From positions 45,055 to 109,054 of the forward strand of contig PGYR01000004.1 in the NCBI GenBank assembly GCA_002839765.1: 64,000 nucleotides of DNA, written 5' to 3'. The notes below the pieces were generated by a model. The model ran no database searches. It had not been told where the DNA came from and worked only from the letters and a program-made list of their open reading frames with translations. The stretch's first letter is position 1. Every line of letters begins with the position of its first letter. Positions 27,218 to 37,011 of the stretch are shown piece after piece. The DNA comes from Ignavibacteriae bacterium HGW-Ignavibacteriae-4 (GTDB lineage Bacteria; Bacteroidota; Ignavibacteria; Kapaibacteriales; UBA2268). Both the position numbers and the translations under genes were made by a program.

Positions 27218-28291
27218 TTACGAACGGAAATCATTCATAAATTTCACTAATGCTTCTACAGATTCTACTGGGCAAGCATTGTAAATAGACGCTCTTACTC
27301 CACCAACCGAACGATGTCCTTTAAGACCTGACATGTTCAATGATTCAGCTTTCTTGATAAATTCTGCTTCTTTCTCTTCACTTTCCAAATTGAAAGTAAC
27401 ATTCATTGTAGAACGGTCAGCTTTATTAGCAACGGCAGCTTTGTAGAAACCATTTGAATTATCAATAGCATCGTAAAGTAAACCAGCTTTGTGGTCATTT
27501 CTTTTTTCAATTGCGTCTAATCCACCTGCAGATTTTATCCATTTCAATGTTTCATTGATAACAAAGACAGGGAATACAGCAGGAGTATTGAACATAGAGT
27601 CAGCGTCGATATGAGTAGAATACTTAAGCATTGTCATATTACCTTCTTTCTCAGCTTTTGCAGCCCAAGATTTTTTAATGACAACTAAAGTAACTCCAGA
27701 TGGGCCTATATTTTTTTGAGCACCAGCATATATCAAATCAAATTTTGAGTAATCCATATTTCTACTGAATATATCAGAAGACATATCACAAATCAAAGGT
27801 ACATCACCTACATTAGGAATATCTTTTACTCTTGTTCCGTAGATAGTATTATTTGTTGTGTAGTGTACATAATCCGCATTCGCATCGAAGTTAAATTCTT
27901 TTGGTATATAATTAAAGTTCTTGTCAGCAGAAGAAGCAGCAACATTCACGTTACCAACTAATTTCCCTTCCGCTATTGCCTTTTTAGCCCATACACCAGT
28001 ATTGATGTAATCGGCACTTGTCTTCAAGAAATTGAGTGGGATCATAGCAAACTGCATACTCGCTCCACCTCCTAAGTAAAGTACAGTATAATCATCGCTA
28101 TTCAAATTCATCAATTCCAATACATTAGCACTTGTTTCATCGAAAAGTGCAATGATTTCTTTCGATCTGTGACTCATCTCCATTACAGACATACCACAAC
28201 CATTAAACTCAATGCATGCTTGCTTTGCAGCTTCTAATACAGGTACAGGCAAAATAGCAGGGCCTGCACTAAAATTATGAACTCTATTCAT
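27218..28291 (-). CDS. serC: phosphoserine aminotransferase
   Basis: N-terminus NFSAGPAILPVPVLEAAKQ and full-length collinearity with SerC. Confidence 0.9.
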   Translation of the reverse strand: MNRVHNFSAGPAILPVPVLEAAKQACIEFNGCGMSVMEMSHRSKEIIALFDETSANVLELMNLNSDDYTVLYLGGGASMQFAMIPLNFLKTSADYINTGVWAKKAIAEGKLVGNVNVAASSADKNFNYIPKEFNFDANADYVHYTTNNTIYGTRVKDIPNVGDVPLICDMSSDIFSRNMDYSKFDLIYAGAQKNIGPSGVTLVVIKKSWAAKAEKEGNMTMLKYSTHIDADSMFNTPAVFPVFVINETLKWIKSAGGLDAIEKRNDHKAGLLYDAIDNSNGFYKAAVANKADRSTMNVTFNLESEEKEAEFIKKAESLNMSGLKGHRSVGGVRASIYNACPVESVEALVKFMNDFRS

Positions 28292-28475
28292 GATAAATTA
28301 CCTTAGGTAAATTTGTGACAATTGATAATACAAACTTAACACATATACTATTGATTCCGAAAATAATTGTATAAAGTGCGTGAAAGTTGGATTTATGTTC
28401 AAATCTATTGATAATATAGTTTCTTTTGGCTAACTTTGAAATTAGTTGTTTGTCCACTAAATTATAATAATAGAA

Positions 28476-29381
28476 ATGAGAATATTAGCTAATGACGGAC
28501 TATCCCAAGAAGGGATTGACGTAATAAAAAATGCTGGTATCGAATTAGATACACATCATATACCACAAGAAGAATTGTTCGAAAAATTGAACAACTATGA
28601 CGCTATTATAGTTAGATCTGCGACTACTGTTCGCAAAGACCTAATAGACGCTACAAAGCTAAAAGTAATCGGTAGAGCCGGTGTTGGTATGGACAATATT
28701 GATGTTGCTTATGCTCGCGAGAAAGGAATCGCCGTAGTTAATACTCCAGGTGCTTCTTCTATCTCTGTGGCTGAACTAGTATTTGCTCATTTATTCTCGC
28801 TATGTAGATATACTCATAGAAGTACTCATGCTATGGAAAATGGTGAATGGCCTAAGAAAGACTACACAGGAATAGAATTAACTGGCAAAACTATTGGATT
28901 AATCGGATATGGAAATATAGCAAAAGAAGTTGCTAAAAGAGCACTTGGTTTAGGTATGAAAGTTTGCTCATATAGCCATTCTGAAATACACCCTGAACAA
29001 AAAGTTGATGTTTGTAATGACCTAAATGAATTACTTGCTAAAAGTGATTTCGTATCTCTACATATCCCATTAGATAAAGAAAAAGGTGCTACAATAGGCG
29101 AAGCTGAAATAGCTAAGATGAAAGATGGTGCTATACTTATCAACTGTGCTCGTGGTGGTACTGTTGACGAAGCTGCGTTGCTTAATGCTCTGAAATCTGG
29201 TAAATTAGCTGGTGCAGGTATTGACGTATGGACAAATGAACCATGCACAGTGGCACAGACAGAATTAATAAATCATCCGAACGTAAGTGCTACTCCGCAT
29301 ATTGGCGGCTCGACTAACGAAGCTCAAGACAGAGTCGGAATAGAAATAGCTGAAAGAGTAGTAGCAGAACTAAAAAAATAA
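28476..29381 (+). CDS. serA: D-3-phosphoglycerate dehydrogenase (short form; D-isomer 2-hydroxyacid dehydrogenase family)
   Basis: NAD-binding motif GLIGYGNIAKEVAKRA and catalytic R/E/H region (NCARGGTVDE…PHIGGST). Transcribed divergently from serC. Confidence 0.75.
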   Translation: MRILANDGLSQEGIDVIKNAGIELDTHHIPQEELFEKLNNYDAIIVRSATTVRKDLIDATKLKVIGRAGVGMDNIDVAYAREKGIAVVNTPGASSISVAELVFAHLFSLCRYTHRSTHAMENGEWPKKDYTGIELTGKTIGLIGYGNIAKEVAKRALGLGMKVCSYSHSEIHPEQKVDVCNDLNELLAKSDFVSLHIPLDKEKGATIGEAEIAKMKDGAILINCARGGTVDEAALLNALKSGKLAGAGIDVWTNEPCTVAQTELINHPNVSATPHIGGSTNEAQDRVGIEIAERVVAELKK

Positions 29382-29391
29382 AGGTAAAAAC

Positions 29392-30633
29392 ATGGCGATA
29401 TTCAAACCATTCAAAGCATACAGACCTACAAGTAACAAAGCGAAAGACGTTGCAGCATATCCGTATGATGTAGTTAACTCTGATGAAGCAAGAGAAATAG
29501 TAAAAGGCAATCCCGATTCTTTCCTAAGAGTTGGTAAGCCAGAAGTAGATTTGGATCCAAATATCTCACTTTATGACGCAAAAGTTTATGCTAAAGGTAA
29601 AGAGAATCTGACTAGATTAGTTAATGATGGTATTTTGGTAGAAGATGCTACGCCTTGCTATTATGTGTATAGTCTGACTATGAACGGACGCACTCAGAAT
29701 GGATTAGTCGGATGTGCTAGTGTCGAGGATTACTGGAACGATGTAATCAAAAAGCACGAATACACTAGAAAGCAAAAAGAGCAAGACAGATGTGAGCACG
29801 TACGAATTACCAATGCACATACTGGTCCAATCTTCTTAACTTACAAAGATGATAGGGATATAAATAATCTTATCAATAAAGTAAAGCAGAACGCACCTAA
29901 TAACGATCATGTAGCTAATGATGGTATTCGTCATCAAACGTGGCTAATTGACAAGAAAGAAGATATTGAATTTATCCAAAATAGATTAGCAGAAGTGCCT
30001 AGCTTCTATGTGGCAGATGGTCACCATAGATCAGCAGCTGCAGCAATAGTTGGCAGAGAACGCAGAGAAGCGAACCCCAACCACACTGGCAATGAGAACT
30101 ATAACCGCTTTTTGGCAGTTTTATTCCCAGCTAGTGAACTATATATAATGGATTACAACAGATTAGTAGTTGATCTGAATGGCAATAGCGTATCTGAATT
30201 CTTAGACAAAGTTGCTGAGAAATTCACAGTTGTGAAATCGGTTACAAAAGTAGCCCCATCTAAGAAAGGCGAATTCGGATTCTATGCTGAAGGCAACTGG
30301 TACAAATTGAATATCAAACCAGAATTAGTTGACTTGAACGATCCAGTGGAATCACTTGACGTTGCATTGCTACAAAAGCACGTTTTAGACAATCTACTTG
30401 CTATAGAAGACCCACGTACTGACGACAGAATTGATTTTGTTGGTGGTATCAGAGGGTTGGACGAATTAGTAAGAAGAGTTGACAGTGGTGAAATGAAAGC
30501 CGCTATTAGTATGTTCCCTACTTCTATCGAAGAGCTGATGAACATAGCTGATGCAGGCCGAGTAATGCCTCCGAAATCCACTTGGTTCGAACCAAAGCTA
30601 AGAGATGGACTATTTGTTCACTTCTTGGGCTGA
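29392..30633 (+). CDS. DUF1015 family protein
   Basis: N-terminus MAIFKPFKAYRP and a ~410-aa length typical of DUF1015, which habitually sits next to serA/serC in Bacteroidetes. Confidence 0.7.
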   Translation: MAIFKPFKAYRPTSNKAKDVAAYPYDVVNSDEAREIVKGNPDSFLRVGKPEVDLDPNISLYDAKVYAKGKENLTRLVNDGILVEDATPCYYVYSLTMNGRTQNGLVGCASVEDYWNDVIKKHEYTRKQKEQDRCEHVRITNAHTGPIFLTYKDDRDINNLINKVKQNAPNNDHVANDGIRHQTWLIDKKEDIEFIQNRLAEVPSFYVADGHHRSAAAAIVGRERREANPNHTGNENYNRFLAVLFPASELYIMDYNRLVVDLNGNSVSEFLDKVAEKFTVVKSVTKVAPSKKGEFGFYAEGNWYKLNIKPELVDLNDPVESLDVALLQKHVLDNLLAIEDPRTDDRIDFVGGIRGLDELVRRVDSGEMKAAISMFPTSIEELMNIADAGRVMPPKSTWFEPKLRDGLFVHFLG

Positions 30634-30662
30634 GAGTCAGAGTGAAAATAGACTATAAAATG

Positions 30663-30697
30663 AAAAACTCCCGCAGATTGTGTGGGAGTTTTTTTTG
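30663..30697 (+). terminator. rho-independent terminator (bidirectional position)
   Basis: ACTCCCGCA-gatt-GTGTGGGAGT followed by TTTTTTTT. Confidence 0.6.
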
Positions 30698-30722
30698 TTT
30701 AAATAGCAAAAGAATTTAAACA

Positions 30723-32162
30723 TTACTTTGTAATAATAAATTTAATATTTATACTATTTTCTGATGTTTTTAGAATCAAATAGTGGGTACCCGAACTTAA
30801 ACCAATTGGTAGTTTAAATCTTGTTGCATCTCCATTAACTTCCCAATTATTTATTTTGATGGAAGAGCCAGTAACATCTACGATTTCAGCAGTTTCAATT
30901 GTATTACTTACTGATTTGATGTTCAAATACTCATCAGAAGATTTGATAGGATTTGGATATGCAATAATATGATTAAACTCATCATCTTCTACGCTTGAAA
31001 CCCCATTATTATATACAAATATCCCAATATTTGAAGTGATGAAAACTCTTCCTTTTGAATCTGAAACTATGTCAATTAAATATGGCTTAGTACCTTCTTC
31101 TTTATTTTTCAACCTACTAAGAAATTGTAATAAATAATCGTTTGGCGTATTTGTCGTCTTATGAAAAACTGTATTATCTAAGAAATTCACAATGCTGAAG
31201 TCTTCAATTTGAAAATTTTCATTAATGTACATCAAATCATTTTCAAAAAGAACCAACCAGCCATCATTAAACTTTGTTATTCCTTTAGCCGCGTCAAAAG
31301 CCTCATTAACTTTTGGGTAACCATCTTGATTAGTAAAGTGTACCCATTCACCATTCTTTTTCAATACACTAACACCAGATAAAGTATTATCATAATTTGG
31401 ATCCGTATATCGTTTCCCAGTATAGCAGAACCATATATTCTCATCCTCATCTGTATAGATTTGATTTATATTTTTGTATTCATGTTTTCCATTTGCAGAA
31501 GGCAATTTATAAGTATCAAATAATTTTTCATCTTTAAATAGATAGATATCATTTCTACCATTAATAGTATCATTTCCATAAACACCGCAGCTTGTTATCA
31601 CCATGTCATTATAAGTTTTATATAATTTATTCATATACTTTGGATAAATAGATGAATCAATTACGTAACTATCTGTCTTATCAAAAGTTGATATATATGA
31701 TAATAAAAAGTTGTGTCCTTGTTTTTTAGATAATGTTGCCCAATAATTATTATCAGAATCAATTATATAATATTCAATTTTACCTTCGGTCGAATTGTCA
31801 AACTTTCTATATTCTAACCATTTATCAGCATTCTTTCTAAATATTGATTGTTCATTTGAAATAAATAATTCTCCATTACCTGACACTTGTATTTGGGGTA
31901 TATAAGAAGTGACAAATAAAGGATTATTGTCTTCCGTTAGAATTGTCATCAATTCAAATCTATTATTATTGAAATTATATAATTGAATTGGTCTTGTATC
32001 AAAACCATTATAAGATGTAGCGATTATTACTTGATTATCAGTGGTTACAATATCATCCGTAATATGAGATTCCCCTGTAAAGTTTTCAATAATTGTTTGG
32101 GAGAAAACAGAAGAATAACTTAGAATCAGACAAATTATAAATGCTTTCATTATGATTTTCAT
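30723..32162 (-). CDS. secreted protein with T9SS C-terminal sorting domain
   Basis: Signal peptide and a C-terminal Por_Secre_tail-like domain (YPNPIKSSDEYLNIKS…GTHYLILKTSENSINIKFIITK). Confidence 0.55.
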   Translation of the reverse strand: MKIIMKAFIICLILSYSSVFSQTIIENFTGESHITDDIVTTDNQVIIATSYNGFDTRPIQLYNFNNNRFELMTILTEDNNPLFVTSYIPQIQVSGNGELFISNEQSIFRKNADKWLEYRKFDNSTEGKIEYYIIDSDNNYWATLSKKQGHNFLLSYISTFDKTDSYVIDSSIYPKYMNKLYKTYNDMVITSCGVYGNDTINGRNDIYLFKDEKLFDTYKLPSANGKHEYKNINQIYTDEDENIWFCYTGKRYTDPNYDNTLSGVSVLKKNGEWVHFTNQDGYPKVNEAFDAAKGITKFNDGWLVLFENDLMYINENFQIEDFSIVNFLDNTVFHKTTNTPNDYLLQFLSRLKNKEEGTKPYLIDIVSDSKGRVFITSNIGIFVYNNGVSSVEDDEFNHIIAYPNPIKSSDEYLNIKSVSNTIETAEIVDVTGSSIKINNWEVNGDATRFKLPIGLSSGTHYLILKTSENSINIKFIITK

Positions 32163-32398
32163 ATTGAGTACCTATTAGTTAATATTCGCAATTGCTAATA
32201 CATGGAAGTGGTGCATCCGTTCCCCAATCTGTATATGTAGAAGAAATGCGTGATGTTACTTCATATTTTATTTACCATAATTACGTAATATAAATCAGGA
32301 AGTTGATTATAAATATAAAATAATCCCTCATTCAAAAATTATTATTTCTTAAATTACATTAACAAAAAATAATATTTATAAAATAATAATACAACTAT

Positions 32399-33661
32399 AT
32401 GACTAAAACCTTAACTCTATTTGTTGCTTTACTTATGTTTGCTACAATTAACTCCAATGCACTAGATAAAAAATGTGCTACTATGGATGTTTATAGAAAT
32501 TCTATCTCAAAAGATGCAACGATTTTAGAGAAAGAAACACAAATAGAAAATAGAATTCAAGAATTCATAAATTCTAAATCGGCAACTGTTCAAGCAGGTA
32601 CAATACTAACGATACCTGTTGTTATACATATCATTAATAATGGTCAAGAAGTAGGCGTAGGCCCAAACATAACTGATGAACAAGCTATTAGTCAAATTGA
32701 AATTCTGAACAGAGAGTTTAGATTGCTAAATACAGATGCTTTAGACGAATCTCATCCTTTTTACTATGCTCAGGCAGATTGTGAGATAGAGTTTTGCCTT
32801 GCCACAACAGATCCCGACGGAAACCCTACTAGTGGAATAACTCGTTTTAATAGTGGAGGAGAATTCTGGTCAATAGCTGAGTTTGATAGTTTAATCAAAC
32901 CGGTAACAATTTGGGACAGAAATCAATACATGAATATGTGGTGTGCTGATTTCCGTGAAGGTGATGAGAACTCACAAGTAGATGGATGGGGTACTTTCCC
33001 TTCGGAAACTACTGATACAACAGACGGAGTTGTAATACTTTATACTAACTTCGGTGTTAACCCAGAAGATCCAGAATACAAATCTATAGTTGCTACACAC
33101 GAAGTTGGTCACTATTTGAACCTAAGACATATATGGGGTGATGATGAATGTGGTGACGATTTGGTAGATGATACAGAACCAGCATTCAAAAGTAATGAAG
33201 GTTGCCCAGAATTCCCACATAATGACTTCAGTGAGTGTGGTACAGGTGAGTATGGCGAAATGTTCATGAACTATATGGACTATTCGGATGCTGTATGTAC
33301 TGTCATGTTTACAACTGGACAGAAAGAAAGAATGCAAGCTACATTGAACACAGTACGTTCTGGTTTGATTAATTCTAATGGTTGTCAAGTACCTGCTGGC
33401 GTTTATGATGTAAATACGTCGAATGATGTTCTTATAGTACCTAATTCTAACAATGGTATTTTCAATTTGGTTGTGAATATTAGTAATAATCCAAGCTTCA
33501 AAGTTGAAGTAGTAGATATGTATGGTACTTTCGTAAAGGGATTTGATGTACAGTCTAGTATTACACTTGTAGATTGTAGCGAGCTTAGTTCAGGAGTTTA
33601 CTTCTTGAAGATAACTGGAAAAAATTTCAATCAATCTAAGAAATTATATATAACTAAATAA
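32399..33661 (+). CDS. M43 (pappalysin/cytophagalysin-type) zinc metallopeptidase with T9SS C-terminal sorting domain
   Basis: HEVGHYLNLRHIW metzincin zinc-binding motif followed by a Met-turn region, and a C-terminal CTD (…SGVYFLKITGKNFNQSKKLYITK). Confidence 0.7.
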   Translation: MTKTLTLFVALLMFATINSNALDKKCATMDVYRNSISKDATILEKETQIENRIQEFINSKSATVQAGTILTIPVVIHIINNGQEVGVGPNITDEQAISQIEILNREFRLLNTDALDESHPFYYAQADCEIEFCLATTDPDGNPTSGITRFNSGGEFWSIAEFDSLIKPVTIWDRNQYMNMWCADFREGDENSQVDGWGTFPSETTDTTDGVVILYTNFGVNPEDPEYKSIVATHEVGHYLNLRHIWGDDECGDDLVDDTEPAFKSNEGCPEFPHNDFSECGTGEYGEMFMNYMDYSDAVCTVMFTTGQKERMQATLNTVRSGLINSNGCQVPAGVYDVNTSNDVLIVPNSNNGIFNLVVNISNNPSFKVEVVDMYGTFVKGFDVQSSITLVDCSELSSGVYFLKITGKNFNQSKKLYITK

Positions 33662-33711
33662 TTTTTCTGAATGGGGTAAATAGCCCCATTTTTTTATAGG
33701 AAATCCCCACA

Positions 33712-34086
33712 ATGAGAATTCTATTATTAATAATTTGTACCCTTGCGGTACTATCTTGTAAGAGTACAAAAGAGTCAGATCCGAAAGTTGAACACGCTAC
33801 TCAGCAAGTGGAAGCAAACAATGTTAGGTTCATAGTCTCTTTTATCAGTATAGGTAGTGGGACAGACCAAAAAGCAAAAAGCAAACTTGCTGATTTATTG
33901 AAAAGCTTAGAAATAGAATTCAATACTGTGAGTTGGGGACGAGAAGGCGAAACGGACTACTGCTTAAAGTTAGATGATTTAGATTCTGCAAATCAAGTTT
34001 CATTCATAGAAGAAGTAAAGGAATTACTAGAACATTCTGAACTTGTTCGATATAAAGAGAACGCAACTTGCCGCGAAGATAAATAG
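33712..34086 (+). CDS. hypothetical lipoprotein
   Basis: Lipobox LAVLSCKST; 124 aa. Confidence 0.4.
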   Translation: MRILLLIICTLAVLSCKSTKESDPKVEHATQQVEANNVRFIVSFISIGSGTDQKAKSKLADLLKSLEIEFNTVSWGREGETDYCLKLDDLDSANQVSFIEEVKELLEHSELVRYKENATCREDK

Positions 34087-34112
34087 TTAGAATCTGATAA
34101 AAGAATTATATA

Positions 34113-34149
34113 AAAAACTCCTGCAGAAATTTGTGGGAGTTTTTTTTTG
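34113..34149 (+). terminator. rho-independent terminator (near-copy of the 30663 terminator)
   Basis: ACTCCTGCA-gaaatt-TGTGGGAGT followed by TTTTTTTTT. Confidence 0.6.
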
Positions 34150-34224
34150 AATTCAAGATAGCGATTACTTCCAATTCCGTATATTAGGGTTGTAAGTATT
34201 GAAAATTTTATTCTAAGAGTACAA

Positions 34225-34695
34225 ATGAAAAAGATTATAAATTTTAAAATAATTCTTATATTTGCTTTACTTGTAGTCACTTATGAATCAACAGCCTGTG
34301 ACTGTGAAATCTATTCTGACAAAAAAGTATATCTTTCAGAAGTAGATTTTGTTTTTATTGGAAAAGTTGTAGAATTGATAAGAGCAGAATCTATAGATAT
34401 CGAGATTCCGCAATTCATAGACACAGTTCCTAAGTTAAGAGAGGATTGGAAGAAAATGTATCCTGATAGATATTATGCTAAAGTAATAATGATAGAGAAT
34501 ATCAAAGGTAAGAAAGTAATGAGTGATACAATGTTCTTTACATCAGAATTTACGAACTGTGACCCCAGATACGAATTAATTCAATCGTACTTATTTTTCG
34601 CTGACAGATTAAAAGATAATCAATTTATAATGACACATTGCACACCTTGGGGTAAACTAGAAGATTGTGAAGAAATTATTGAACAGCTGAAATAA
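34225..34695 (+). CDS. hypothetical secreted protein
   Basis: Signal peptide MKKIINFKIILIFALLVVTYESTA; 156 aa. Confidence 0.4.
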   Translation: MKKIINFKIILIFALLVVTYESTACDCEIYSDKKVYLSEVDFVFIGKVVELIRAESIDIEIPQFIDTVPKLREDWKKMYPDRYYAKVIMIENIKGKKVMSDTMFFTSEFTNCDPRYELIQSYLFFADRLKDNQFIMTHCTPWGKLEDCEEIIEQLK

Positions 34696-34831
34696 AGCCA
34701 CAGCCTAACTAAATATCTGTAGCAAGAACATATCAATTAAACACAAAAGCCACAGAGTGGCGATATAAAACCCCTACGGGGCATACTCTATCATAATCTC
34801 TATACCTACAGATATTATGCCTCTACGAGGC

Positions 34832-34861
34832 AAAAAAAAAGACGCATATTTCTATGCGTCT
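34832..34861 (-). terminator. rho-independent terminator (30-bp element identical to 36848..36877)
   Basis: Minus strand: AGACGCATA-gaaa-TATGCGTCT followed by T9. Confidence 0.6.
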
Positions 34862-34877
34862 ATGTAGTCTTATACAC

Positions 34878-36785
34878 TTATTCCTTTACGAATTTAGATA
34901 TAGCCTTCCCAGTTTCATCTAATATAAAATAAACACCCTCACTCAACTCCGAAATATCAATTTCACTAGGAGTATCTAGTTCAATTACTCTTATAGACTT
35001 GCCGTTCATATCGACTAGAGTGATAGTAGTTGGTTTCACTATTTCAATGAATACTTTATCAGATACTGGATTGGGATAAACGGCTACCTCGCTAGATTTG
35101 AAAACCTCACGCTCTACATTGGACATAATTGGACTCTTAATTCTATATAAATTGTAATGGTCGTGAATATTATAATAGTTAGCTAAAAAGTAAACATAAC
35201 CATTAACTTCAATTACACCCGAATTGTTACCTACTTGTCTTGTTAATGGAGCGTCATCCATTTGAATTATATCAGTACCTCTACGTTTCATATCTGTCCT
35301 GCATAATTTTTGCATACTTGAATGATCAGTCATGATAAAGTACATCATATTATCTATTAATTTAGAATAATATAGCCCACCCGAAAAACTCACAGAGTCC
35401 TCTAAAACAAAAGTAGGCTCATTATCTACACCATCTGTAGTAAAAAGACTGTACATCTTAGGATCTAATCTGACATTATACAAACATCTTTCATTGATTG
35501 TTGTTGTGTCTAATACAGCTGAAGATTCTGCAATGTCATGTTCTGAATAATCAACAACCAACTGTTTAACATCATCATAATAATATTGCATCCATAATAC
35601 CCTTTTCTTTTTTGGGATATTGCTCATATAAAATATCCTATCTTTTGTTAAAGCAAAACGATAATCGAGAAAACTATAATTACTATATGTCAATAAATTC
35701 AAATCATAAAAATTTGTACCATATTCTGTTCCATCTGTTCTCATTAGATTGTAATCGCCAATGCTATCTTTAGAAATCAAAATCAATTTTTCATACTTTG
35801 ATTGATCATTAGGTAAAAAACCAGCCCACAATGTTGTATCATTTAATTTGAATTGCTTAGTCCCTTCTCTTGTCCCATCCGATACCCAAAGAGCCCCTGA
35901 ATTATCAACATTGGAGGTTGTAAAATATAATTTACCTTTAAACAGACTAGAATATTTAGGTGGTGTAACTCTCAAATATGAAAATACTTTATCGTTAAGA
36001 AGTCTTTCAGTTCCTTTGGTTGTGCCATCAGTGATCCATAGTTCTTTATAACCATTGTCTTTTATAACTCTTGTAAATAATAGTTTGTCCCCTACAACTG
36101 CTACTTCTCTATCCTTATTTTTATAAAGTTCCCTAGTCTCGTTAGTCAAACTTATAAATACTTGTCTCTCATCATCAAGTGCTAGAATTTCTCTGTAATA
36201 TAGCCGATCTCTCATTACTATTACTAACTTATTATTAAACTCATATAAAGTCGTCTCCAGATTAGATTTCGACCCAATTGAATCGCTTATCATCCCGGTT
36301 CCTTCTACGGTTCCATCAGAATATCCAATACCCACAATATCATTATCATATTGTATTTCGAAAAATGCCTTATTATTATGAACTATACTTGATTCAAAAG
36401 TTTCAAACTGTCCTTTTCGAATCCTCATTAACAATATTGTTTCTTCTTTTGTCCCATTAGTTGACCAAATACCAAGACCTAATGTATCTAAAGCTGAAAA
36501 TATTAACTTTCCCTTTATATTACTACTAATAATGATAGGATTAGAGTCTCCATTTGGATTTATATCTTTCAGCATCTCTAAATGTCCATTCTTCCCATTG
36601 AAAGTCCATAACTCCTTACCATTTTCACCATCATCACCTATTAAATACCCCATATTATTATGTTCTATAAATTGCCAGAAACGAATATCATCAACAAACT
36701 TTTGTTCACTATATAGCTCTGGCTCTATAGCTAGGATATTAGATGAGAGTAATATTGCAATGATTAGGAGAAGTATAGTTTTCAT
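34878..36785 (-). CDS. ELWxxDGT-repeat protein with T9SS C-terminal sorting domain
   Basis: Repeats ELWITDGTTKGTERL, LWVSDGTREGTKQF, YSDGTVEGTGMI and LMRTDGTEYGTNFY. C-terminal CTD (VAVYPNPVSDKVFIEI…EGVYFILDETGKAISKFVKE). Confidence 0.65.
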   Translation of the reverse strand: MKTILLLIIAILLSSNILAIEPELYSEQKFVDDIRFWQFIEHNNMGYLIGDDGENGKELWTFNGKNGHLEMLKDINPNGDSNPIIISSNIKGKLIFSALDTLGLGIWSTNGTKEETILLMRIRKGQFETFESSIVHNNKAFFEIQYDNDIVGIGYSDGTVEGTGMISDSIGSKSNLETTLYEFNNKLVIVMRDRLYYREILALDDERQVFISLTNETRELYKNKDREVAVVGDKLLFTRVIKDNGYKELWITDGTTKGTERLLNDKVFSYLRVTPPKYSSLFKGKLYFTTSNVDNSGALWVSDGTREGTKQFKLNDTTLWAGFLPNDQSKYEKLILISKDSIGDYNLMRTDGTEYGTNFYDLNLLTYSNYSFLDYRFALTKDRIFYMSNIPKKKRVLWMQYYYDDVKQLVVDYSEHDIAESSAVLDTTTINERCLYNVRLDPKMYSLFTTDGVDNEPTFVLEDSVSFSGGLYYSKLIDNMMYFIMTDHSSMQKLCRTDMKRRGTDIIQMDDAPLTRQVGNNSGVIEVNGYVYFLANYYNIHDHYNLYRIKSPIMSNVEREVFKSSEVAVYPNPVSDKVFIEIVKPTTITLVDMNGKSIRVIELDTPSEIDISELSEGVYFILDETGKAISKFVKE

Positions 36786-36847
36786 ACAGATTGTGCGAGA
36801 TTAAATACATAATTAATTTAGAAGTTAATTAATTGGGAAGTAATAAC

Positions 36848-36877
36848 AAAAAAAAAGACGCATATTTCTATGCGTCT
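36848..36877 (-). terminator. rho-independent terminator downstream of dnaK (identical 30-mer to 34832..34861)
   Basis: AAAAAAAAAGACGCATATTTCTATGCGTCT on the plus strand; the minus strand reads hairpin then T9. Confidence 0.55.
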
Positions 36878-37011
36878 TGGTGAATTTATATTCTTGTTCA
36901 AGTCCTCCCTTGAGGGAGGATTTAGGTGGGTGTAATAGTTTCCTCATTAAAACACCCCGTCTCACGCCTTCGGTGTGATCCACCCCTCTAAAAGGGTGGA
37001 ATTCCCAGATG

